From a bacterium (lineage in GTDB: Bacteria; UBA8248): a DNA stretch of 28,089 nt. Shown here one piece after another: positions 1 through 7,434 of the stretch. The stretch is taken from positions 1-28,089 of the forward strand of contig CBDBZY010000046.1 of assembly GCA_965213685.1 (NCBI GenBank). Reading direction: 5' to 3'. The notes below the pieces were generated by a model. The model saw only the letters and a list, made by a program, of their open reading frames with translations. It was not told the origin of the DNA and did no database searches. A program made the translations under genes and the position numbers. How positions within the stretch are numbered: the stretch's first letter is position 1; every line of letters starts with the position of its first letter.

Positions 1-603
1 TTCGCCGGCGGCGGCGGTGTCCCCGGTGGCGAGCCAAAGCATCCCCCAAGTCCCTGCGGGTCACGGCGACGTGGGGGTGCTCGTCTCCCAGGAGGCTCCG
101 ACGCACCGCCAGCGCCTGCTCGAAACAGGCCGCTCGCGCCCCGCGAGATCGCCGCGCTCGAAGAGCAACCCGGCCGAGGGGTGTTGACGACCGTCGCGAC
201 CCGGATGTCGTGGTCACCGTAGGCCTGGCGGCGAATCGCCAGGGCGCGGCGCAACAGCGGCTCCGCCGCCTCCGGGTCGCCGCGCCGGTAGTCGAGAGAT
301 CCCAGGCTGTAGAGGGTCGTACCGACGCTGGGATCCTCGGAGCCGTGCGCCTGCTCGCGGATCGCCAACAACTGTCGATAGAGGGTCCCCGCCTCCTCGT
401 ACGCGCCGCGATGGCTCAGGATCGACGCCAGGTTGGCCAGCACCACGGCGAGTTCGACGTCGTCTTGACCGAGCCGGCGTCGAATCGTCAGCGCCTCACG
501 GAACGAGCGTTCCGCACCTTCGGTGTCGCCGACGCGGTACAGCAGCTTGCCCAGGGTTGTTGAATGTCGACGGCGAGCTCGGTGTGATCGTCCCCGCGAT
601 GCG
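1..603 (-). CDS. Fragment of a TPR-repeat protein with ~42-aa kinesin-light-chain-like (TPR_10/TPR_12-type) repeats; multiple indels; both ends missing
   Basis: Manual minus-strand translation gives ...RGDDHTELAVDI[fs]NNLGKLLYRVGDTEGAERSFREALTIRRRLGQDDVELAVVLANLASILSHRGAYEEAGTLYRQLLAIREQAHGSEDPSVGTTLYSLGSLDYRRGDPEAAEPLLRRALAIRRQAYGDHDIRVATVVNT[fs]...EQALAVRRSLLGDEHPHVAVT. It is absent from the ORF track because of frameshifts and the window edge. Confidence 0.8.
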
Positions 604-1851
604 ATGGGCCCCGGCGCGAATCTCGTCGCGAGCGAGACGAGCGCGTATTCGGAGTTGCGGGCCTTCAGCGAGGTCTTGAGCCTGGTGGAGGAGAATTACG
701 TCAACGAGATAGACGCCAAGAAACTGATTCGCGGCGCCATACGGGGAATGCTGCGCACGCTGGACCCCCATACGAGCTATCTGAATCCCGAGTATTTCAA
801 GGAGATGGAGCTGGAGACGTCCGGCCGCTTTGGCGGACTGGGCGTGGAGATTTCGATTCGCGACGGCGTGCTGACCGTGGTGACGCCCATTGAGGACACC
901 CCTGCCTACAAGGTGGGCGTGCAGGCGGGCGACCAGATCATCCGCATCGAGAAAGAACCGACAAAAGACATGACGATCCAGGAGGTCGTCAAGCGGCTCC
1001 GGGGACAGCCCGGCACGAAGGTGAAAATTACGGTGATGCGAAAGGGGGAGACCAAGCCGCGCGATTTCACCATTACCCGCCAGATCATTCGCATCAAGAG
1101 CGTGAGAAGCCATATGTTGCCGGATGAGATCGCGTATATCCGGATCCGGAGTTTCCAGAGCTCCACGGGCAAGGAGGTGGAGGCGGCTTTGTCGTCGCTT
1201 CAGGAGGGGGGCGCGAAAGCCCTTGTGCTGGACTTGCGGAACAACCCCGGCGGGCTTCTTTCACAGGCGGTTTCGGTATCGGACCTGTTTCTGAAGGCGG
1301 GCAGCCTCATCGTCTACACCAAGGGCCGCATGGCGAACCAGGCGCATCGCTATATTTCCACGACCCCGGCACAAGGCGGAAAAATTCCGATGGCGGTTCT
1401 CGTGAACGCGGGGAGTGCCAGTGCGTCGGAGATTGTGGCGGGCGCCCTCCAGGATTTGAAAAGAGCGAAAGTCATCGGGGTCAAGACATTTGGAAAGGGC
1501 TCGGTGCAAACCATCGTTCCCCTGTCGGATGGCTCCGGGCTGCGATTGACCACCGCCTTGTATTTCACGCCGAAAGGAAGGCTCATCCAGGGGGAGGGAA
1601 TCGCGCCCGACCTCATCAGCGAAATGCGCAGAGACTCCGCCGGCGGGGGGCGCGCTCTGCGCGAGAGGGATATTCCCGGCCATTTGCCCGGGGCTTCCGG
1701 CAAGAAGGGGAAGGAAGAACAAGAAGACGATGCTCCGGGCGTTCGCGCCCATGCGCCGCGGACTTCCGCGGAGGAGCGGAGCGACCCCCAGCTGGAACGC
1801 GCCGTGAAATACCTGAAAAATTCGTTTCTCAAAAAAGGGGCGGGCGCCTGA
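604..1851 (+). CDS. ctpA: S41A carboxyl-terminal processing protease (PDZ + peptidase), apparently lacking its N-terminal signal/TM segment
   Basis: Motifs LDPHTSY, SGRFGGLG (PDZ), DLRNNPGG, SASASEIVAGALQD (catalytic Ser) and TFGKGSVQ (catalytic Lys). Family-like sequence starts at about ETSAYSELRAFSEVL. The upstream ORF extension (523-603) is antisense of the TPR fragment. Confidence 0.92.
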   Translation: MGPGANLVASETSAYSELRAFSEVLSLVEENYVNEIDAKKLIRGAIRGMLRTLDPHTSYLNPEYFKEMELETSGRFGGLGVEISIRDGVLTVVTPIEDTPAYKVGVQAGDQIIRIEKEPTKDMTIQEVVKRLRGQPGTKVKITVMRKGETKPRDFTITRQIIRIKSVRSHMLPDEIAYIRIRSFQSSTGKEVEAALSSLQEGGAKALVLDLRNNPGGLLSQAVSVSDLFLKAGSLIVYTKGRMANQAHRYISTTPAQGGKIPMAVLVNAGSASASEIVAGALQDLKRAKVIGVKTFGKGSVQTIVPLSDGSGLRLTTALYFTPKGRLIQGEGIAPDLISEMRRDSAGGGRALRERDIPGHLPGASGKKGKEEQEDDAPGVRAHAPRTSAEERSDPQLERAVKYLKNSFLKKGAGA

Positions 1852-1901
1852 CCCTGCGGGGAGTCATCCCGGCCGGATGCGAGGCTCCATCTCCCCGTCC
1901 G

Positions 1902-2000
1902 GAGGGTTTTCTACCCGGCGAAAGAGGAGACCCGCCCGCAGCAGCCCGTTCGCAGCCCGCAGCGCACGGCGAAAGAGGGTTTTCTGCCCGGCGAAAGAGG
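1902..2000 (+). repeat. 26-bp direct repeat (1902-1927 and 1975-2000, one mismatch) plus a partial third copy (1967-1978) upstream of tsaD
   Basis: GAGGGTTTTCTACCCGGCGAAAGAGG vs GAGGGTTTTCTGCCCGGCGAAAGAGG; the core CGGCGAAAGAGG occurs three times. Confidence 0.85.
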
Positions 2001-2015
2001 GGAAGAGGGGGGGAG

Positions 2016-3146
2016 GTGTATATTCTAGGCGTTGAGACGAGTTGCGATGAGACGGCGGCGTCCGTTCTGGATTTTCCGGAGGGTTCCCCCGCTCCCCGGG
2101 TTTTGTCCAACGTCGTGGCCTCGCAGCACGACATCCACGCGCGATTCGGCGGCGTGGTCCCCGAGCTGGCGGCGCGCCGCCACGTGGAGATGATCACCCC
2201 CGTGCTGGAGGCGGCTCTGGCGGAAGCGTCCGTCTCCAGGGAGGACGTCGAGGCCGTGGCGGTGACGCGCGGGCCCGGCCTGGTGGTGGCGCTACTCGTC
2301 GGTTTGTCCGCCGCCAAGGGGCTGGCGTGGAGCCTGGGGGTTCCGCTCATCGGCGTTCACCATCTCGACGGGCACGTCCACTCCCTTTTTCTGCCCACCG
2401 AAGGTGCGGCCGCTGCGCCGCCCCCGTTTCCGCACTTGGGCTTCGTGGTCTCCGGCGGGCACACGGATTTCTACCGCGTGGACGGACACGACGAGGTGAC
2501 GCATCTCGGAGGCACGTTGGACGACGCTTTGGGAGAGGCGTATGACAAGGTGGCGGCCATCATGGGGCTGGGCTATCCGGGCGGACCCGTCATCGATGCG
2601 CTCCATGCGCGTTTTTTGAGGGAGAGCGAAAGCGGCGGGGCGCCTGTCGAGTTCCCCAGGCCATTTCTCAAGGACAGACCGTACGCCATGAGTTTCAGCG
2701 GGTTGAAGACGGCCGTGCTCAATTACCAGAAGGAGAGGGGCCTGTATGTGAGCGACAGGAACCTCCCTCCCTGGGCCCGTCCCCGCAAAGTGCCCGCAGA
2801 GGTGGCGTGCGCGGTGGCCGCGGGGTTTCAGGAGGCGGCGGTGGCGGTTCTGGTGGAGAAGGTGAGCGTCGTGGCCCGGAAGGAAAAATTGTCCGCCGTC
2901 TCCCTGAGCGGGGGCGTGGCGGCGAACTCGTATTTGCGCGCGCAGTTGGGCGCAAGGGCGAAAAAAGAGGGGTGGTCGCTCCATTTTCCGGCGCGCGAAT
3001 TTTGCACGGACAACGCCGCGATGATCGCCTGTGCCGGCGGTTTTCAGTTGCGCGCGCGCGGGGGCGATCATTTTCTGCGTTTTCAGGACATGGATGCGGA
3101 CCCATCCTGGGAGCTGGAAGAGGCGTCGAGTGCGCGGCGCCCTTGA
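2016..3146 (+). CDS. tsaD: tRNA N6-adenosine threonylcarbamoyltransferase TsaD
   Basis: ILGVETSCDET, HARFGGVVPELAARRH, TRGPGL, HHLDGH metal motif, VSGGHT, TLDDALGEAYDK, SFSGLKTA and CTDNAAMIA; GTG start after a G/A-rich RBS. Confidence 0.97.
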   Translation: MYILGVETSCDETAASVLDFPEGSPAPRVLSNVVASQHDIHARFGGVVPELAARRHVEMITPVLEAALAEASVSREDVEAVAVTRGPGLVVALLVGLSAAKGLAWSLGVPLIGVHHLDGHVHSLFLPTEGAAAAPPPFPHLGFVVSGGHTDFYRVDGHDEVTHLGGTLDDALGEAYDKVAAIMGLGYPGGPVIDALHARFLRESESGGAPVEFPRPFLKDRPYAMSFSGLKTAVLNYQKERGLYVSDRNLPPWARPRKVPAEVACAVAAGFQEAAVAVLVEKVSVVARKEKLSAVSLSGGVAANSYLRAQLGARAKKEGWSLHFPAREFCTDNAAMIACAGGFQLRARGGDHFLRFQDMDADPSWELEEASSARRP

Positions 3147-3152
3147 GGGGGA

Positions 3153-4256
3153 GTGTGGATGCGCCCGGAAGAGGCGGGCCCGAGCATATACGAGGCGCCC
3201 TCGCATGGGGTGCCGGCTCCGCCCGGGGATTTTGATCGACCGCTCCGGATAGGCGGAATCACCCTCGGGAGCCGGCTCTTGATGGCGCCCATGGCGGGTT
3301 ATACGAATTTGCCCTTCCGCTCGTTGGTGAAGGCGCATGGCGCGGGGATGGTGGCCACCGAGATGGTGAGCAGCCAGGCCTTGGTCCGGCGTCACGGAAA
3401 AACCTGCGATTTGATGCGAAACGAGGCGGGAGAAAAACCGGTTTCCATCCAGCTGTTCGGCTCGGATCCCTCCCAGATGGGGGAGGCGGCCGCCATCGTG
3501 GAGGAGGCGGGCGCCGACGTTGTGGACCTCAACTGCGGTTGTCCCGTCAAGAAAATCACCAGGAACCGGGCGGGCTCCTCTCTTCTCAGATACCCGGATC
3601 AGGCCCATCGGATCGTCTCGGCCATGGTGCGCGCGGTGCGCATACCCGTCACGGTGAAGATGCGCACCGGCTGGGACACCATCCAGAAAGATCAGGCGGA
3701 GGTTTTCGCCAAAACGGTGGAGGAGGCGGGCGCCCAGGCCATCACCGTGCACGGCAGAACCCGGCAAGCCATGTTCAGCGGCGCGGTGGACCTGGAAGCC
3801 ATCGCGCGGGTGAAGCGCGCGGTGCGGATTCCCGTGGTCGGGAACGGCAGCATTCTGGGTCCTTGGGACGCCATCTCGATGATTCGGCATACGGGCGTGG
3901 ACGCCTTGATGATTGGGCGGGGCGCCATCGGGAACCCGTGGATTTTCTCGCGCCTCCTAGGCTGGATCAAAACGGGGGAGTTGCCCGCCCCCCCGGGCCT
4001 GGCGGAGAAGAAGATGATGGCGCTGCGCCACTTCCAGTGCCTGCGGAGCGTGCTGGGCGAGCGGCTCGCCGTGCTGCATTGCAGAAAACATCTGCCGGCC
4101 TACACGAAGGGGCTTCGCGGAGGTGCCCTGATGCGGGAGAAAGTGAACCGGATGGACAGCATGGACGCCGTCCTCGAGCGAGTGGAGGCGTTCTTTGACG
4201 ACCTCGCCTCGCACCCCCGGGCGATGCGGGATGGGGGAAACGTCCATGCGGCTTGA
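3153..4256 (+). CDS. dusB: tRNA-dihydrouridine synthase B (start uncertain)
   Basis: MAPMAGYTNLPFR, IQLFGSDP, DLNCGCPVKKI (catalytic Cys), VTVKMRTGW, TVHGRTR and MIGRGAIGNPWIF. Confidence 0.95.
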   Translation: MWMRPEEAGPSIYEAPSHGVPAPPGDFDRPLRIGGITLGSRLLMAPMAGYTNLPFRSLVKAHGAGMVATEMVSSQALVRRHGKTCDLMRNEAGEKPVSIQLFGSDPSQMGEAAAIVEEAGADVVDLNCGCPVKKITRNRAGSSLLRYPDQAHRIVSAMVRAVRIPVTVKMRTGWDTIQKDQAEVFAKTVEEAGAQAITVHGRTRQAMFSGAVDLEAIARVKRAVRIPVVGNGSILGPWDAISMIRHTGVDALMIGRGAIGNPWIFSRLLGWIKTGELPAPPGLAEKKMMALRHFQCLRSVLGERLAVLHCRKHLPAYTKGLRGGALMREKVNRMDSMDAVLERVEAFFDDLASHPRAMRDGGNVHAA

Positions 4257-5028
4257 CGGCAAAAGCGCCCTCGTCACGGGAGGCGGGCGGGGTATCGGCC
4301 GCGCCATCGCCCTGAGGTTCGCCGATGAGGGCGCGGACGTGGCCGTTGCGGCGCGAACCCGTCCCGAAATCGAGTCCGTGGCCCGGGAGGTGGAGCGCAA
4401 GCACCGGCGCTCCCTGGCGATCTCCTGCGATGTGGGAAACCCGCAAGAGGTGGAGGACGCGGCCCGCCGCGCGGCCCGGAGCCTCGGGGGGCTCGACATT
4501 CTGGTCGCCAACGCGGGCCTCCTCCTCCACGCGCCGCTGCAGGAGACCACGAACGCCGTTTGGGAGGAAATCATGCGGGTGAACCTGAATGGCGTCTTTT
4601 ATGCTTTTCGCTCGGCGGTTCCGCACATGATCGAGCAGGGCTGGGGCCGCCTCATCGCCATCAGCTCGGTGTCGGGCAAGATTGGGGGGGCGAATCGAAG
4701 CGCCTACCACGCGGCGAAGCACGGCGTGCTGGGTCTGGTGCGCTCCGTCGCCCTCGAGGTGGCGGACAGGGGCGTGACGGCGAACGCGATTTGCCCCGGC
4801 TTCGTGGACACGGGGATGCTCGCCGCCAGCCAGGGGGATTTCGCACGCTACGCGGGGGACGGCGGGAGCGGGGAGGCGACGATGCGTCGCTTCCGCGACG
4901 AGATTCCGATGGGCCGCTTTTTGGCGCCCGAGGAGATCGCGTCGATGGCCGCTTATCTCGCGAGCGAGGAGGCGAGAGGAGTCACCGGCCAGGCGTATAC
5001 CATCTCCTGCGGCGCCATACAGGCGTAG
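4246..5028 (+). CDS. Classical short-chain dehydrogenase/reductase (FabG/3-hydroxybutyrate-dehydrogenase-like), 260 aa
   Basis: TGGGRGIG, ANAG, catalytic YHAAK and NAICPGFVDT; the ATG at 4246 overlaps the end of dusB. Confidence 0.92.
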   Translation: MRLDGKSALVTGGGRGIGRAIALRFADEGADVAVAARTRPEIESVAREVERKHRRSLAISCDVGNPQEVEDAARRAARSLGGLDILVANAGLLLHAPLQETTNAVWEEIMRVNLNGVFYAFRSAVPHMIEQGWGRLIAISSVSGKIGGANRSAYHAAKHGVLGLVRSVALEVADRGVTANAICPGFVDTGMLAASQGDFARYAGDGGSGEATMRRFRDEIPMGRFLAPEEIASMAAYLASEEARGVTGQAYTISCGAIQA

Positions 5029-5078
5029 GGGCGGCAACCTGTTCCATTTGTTCACGGGCCAGGGGAGAGGCGAATCAA

Positions 5079-7337
5079 GTGGCGAACATACAAAATTTCA
5101 CGGCAAAACTGAAGGAATTCGATGCGCTGCGCGAAGACGACGCCATTCAAACCGATACGGTGGACCGCATCCAGCCAAAATACGCGGTCGAGTGGCCCCG
5201 CAGCCTGGATCCGTCAGTCCGCAAGGCGGCGCAGAAAGCCGGGATACATGCGCTGTATCGGCACCAGGCCGAGGCTATCCGCAAGTCGCTGGACGGCGCC
5301 GACATAGTCATGGAATCGCCCACCGCTAGCGGCAAGACGCTGGCGTTCACGCTTCCGATGCTCGATTCCCTGAGGCGCAACCCCGGCTCCCATGCGATGA
5401 TGATCTACCCGATGAAGGCGCTGGCGTTCGACCAGCGGGAGCAGATACGCACACTCTGCGAGCCGCTGAAAGTGGAATCCTGGCCTTATGACGGCGACAC
5501 GGACAAGGAGATTAAAAGCCTGTTGCGAAAGAACCCGCCGCAGGTGCTGTTGACCAATCCGGAATACCTGAACATGTCGTTTCTGGGATGGCGGGAGAAG
5601 TGGAAAACGTTTTTGCGCAAACTGCGGTATGTGGTCATCGACGAAATCCACGAATACCACGGCTTTTTCGGGGGCAACATGGCGCTTCTGTTGCGGCGAT
5701 TCTTTTCTCACCTGAATCGCATCGGCGCGTCGCCCCGCGTGTTCCTCTCCACGGCGACTTGCGCGAACCCCGAGGAGCACGCCCGGAATCTCACGGGCCG
5801 CGATGTCGAGCTGGTTTCCGCCAGGGGCACATTTCGTCCAAAACGGCATTTCTTCTTCGTCAAACCGAACATTCCGGATTTCAAATATCGGGATATCCTT
5901 CAACTGCGCGTGGAGAAGGCCGCACTCGCCGCTCTCTCCGAAGGGCTCCAGACGCTGGTGTTCTGTCCCACGAAGCGATTTCTGGAGGATGCGTTCACCA
6001 AGTGCAGGCGTGCGGCGGAAGAGCGTGGTTTGGATCCGCAACGGGTATCCGCCTTCCACGCTGACCTGAAGCCCGAGAGGCGTCAGGAGATACAGCAGAA
6101 AATCAAGTCGGGTGACATGGGCGTGGTGTTCACCACGAACGCTCTGGAGCTGGGGCTGGACATCGGCGGCCTCGACGGAATCATACTGGCTGGTTTTCCG
6201 CCCAGGCTCTCGTCCGCCTGGCAGCAAATCGGACGCGCCGGACGCAGCTGGGACAAAGACGCCTTCGTGTTGTTCTACGCCATGAACGATCCGATGGACC
6301 GCTTTTTCGTTGGCAATCTGGCCGCCTTCCTCCACAAGCCGCTGGATGAGCTGGTGGTTGATCCGGGCAACGAAAAATTGATGGATAATCACTTGCCTTC
6401 GCTTGTGAATGAAACGAACGGAAGCTTGCGGCCATCCGATGCGGGGATACTCGGCACCGCATTTTACAACAAGGCTGTGAAAAGTGGCGGAAAACCAATC
6501 AAGGGATTCAATCCACAGATGAAACTGAAAATACGCGGCGGCATCGGGCCATCCTTTGATTTGAAGCGCGGCGGCAATGAGAAGGAGATAGGACAAATCT
6601 CGGCAACGCGGCGCTTTCGGGAAGCCTACATCGGCGCCATTTTCACTTTCTTCGGCCAGAAATACCGCGTCCACTCCCATGAGGAGAAGGCGGTTGTGCT
6701 GGTTGACGTCGCTCCCCACCTCAGGACCGAGGCCAGTTTCTATTTCGTCCAGCACATCCAGGACACTTTCGACGGTCGTCTCTACGGGGACGTCGGAGTG
6801 TATTACGGCTCCCTGAACACGATAACGAACTTCACCGGCTACAAGGAAGTGGACGAGCGCAGCGGGCAGGAGGTGAGGACGGGCGGAACCCACGAGGCAC
6901 ACTATGAAAACAACCTGCACGCCTTCTGGCTCGAAGTTCCGCCGGATGCGCGCGCCGCCGGAATCGGCGCACTTGAGCACATGCTTCGCGTGGGGGCGAT
7001 GTTCGTCATACCGGCGGACCGTTTCGACGCCAGCACCTCCTCCAGGACCGGCGAGGAGCCGAGAGTTTTCTATTACGAAAACTACGCCGGCGGCATCGGC
7101 GTCGCCAAAAAGCTGTTCGATGTGTGGGGAACCGCCCTGCGGAAAGGGATGGAAATTGCCGAGAACTGCGCATGCCGATCGGGATGCCAGAACTGCATTG
7201 AGCCGGCAAAGTCCTACAACGCAAGCAACGCGGACATCGACAAGGTGCGTGGCATAAAACTGGCGAAGAGCCTTCTGAAAGCGACAGAAAATGGTCCTGA
7301 CTACACATTTCGTAATGGGCGGATGATTCCGGTGTGA
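5079..7337 (+). CDS. SF2 DExH helicase with a C-terminal DUF1998 4-Cys Zn domain (MrfA/SftH/Hrq1 family), 752 aa
   Basis: Q motif LYRHQ; motif I PTASGKT; Ia YPMKALAFDQ; YDGDT; LLTNPEYL; II DEIH; III STAT; V TNALELGLDIG; VI QQIGRAGR; C-terminal LEH...YENYAGGIG...CACRSGCQNC. GTG start at 5079 follows GGGGAGAGG. The ORF-track extension from 4560 overlaps the SDR and is spurious. Confidence 0.92.
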   Translation: MANIQNFTAKLKEFDALREDDAIQTDTVDRIQPKYAVEWPRSLDPSVRKAAQKAGIHALYRHQAEAIRKSLDGADIVMESPTASGKTLAFTLPMLDSLRRNPGSHAMMIYPMKALAFDQREQIRTLCEPLKVESWPYDGDTDKEIKSLLRKNPPQVLLTNPEYLNMSFLGWREKWKTFLRKLRYVVIDEIHEYHGFFGGNMALLLRRFFSHLNRIGASPRVFLSTATCANPEEHARNLTGRDVELVSARGTFRPKRHFFFVKPNIPDFKYRDILQLRVEKAALAALSEGLQTLVFCPTKRFLEDAFTKCRRAAEERGLDPQRVSAFHADLKPERRQEIQQKIKSGDMGVVFTTNALELGLDIGGLDGIILAGFPPRLSSAWQQIGRAGRSWDKDAFVLFYAMNDPMDRFFVGNLAAFLHKPLDELVVDPGNEKLMDNHLPSLVNETNGSLRPSDAGILGTAFYNKAVKSGGKPIKGFNPQMKLKIRGGIGPSFDLKRGGNEKEIGQISATRRFREAYIGAIFTFFGQKYRVHSHEEKAVVLVDVAPHLRTEASFYFVQHIQDTFDGRLYGDVGVYYGSLNTITNFTGYKEVDERSGQEVRTGGTHEAHYENNLHAFWLEVPPDARAAGIGALEHMLRVGAMFVIPADRFDASTSSRTGEEPRVFYYENYAGGIGVAKKLFDVWGTALRKGMEIAENCACRSGCQNCIEPAKSYNASNADIDKVRGIKLAKSLLKATENGPDYTFRNGRMIPV

Positions 7338-7434
7338 ACGGGATAATTTTGTATTGTTGCGCGGTGCGGGCGGAGCGCCCCCGGATGTGGCGGGCGCAGC
7401 GATCATACCGGAGCAGGCAGGAGAGGAGATAGCC

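Noticed and set aside
210-563. 117-aa plus-strand ORF
   Set aside because: It is antisense to the TPR fragment, which has a clear repeat signature.
1902-2000. Mini-CRISPR interpretation of the 26-bp repeats
   Set aside because: There are only two full copies, the intervening sequence is itself repetitive and contains a partial copy, and there are no cas genes.
4560-5078. 173-aa N-terminal extension of the helicase (925-aa ORF)
   Set aside because: It is an alternate-frame read of the SDR gene. The RBS and the start of family similarity point to GTG 5079.
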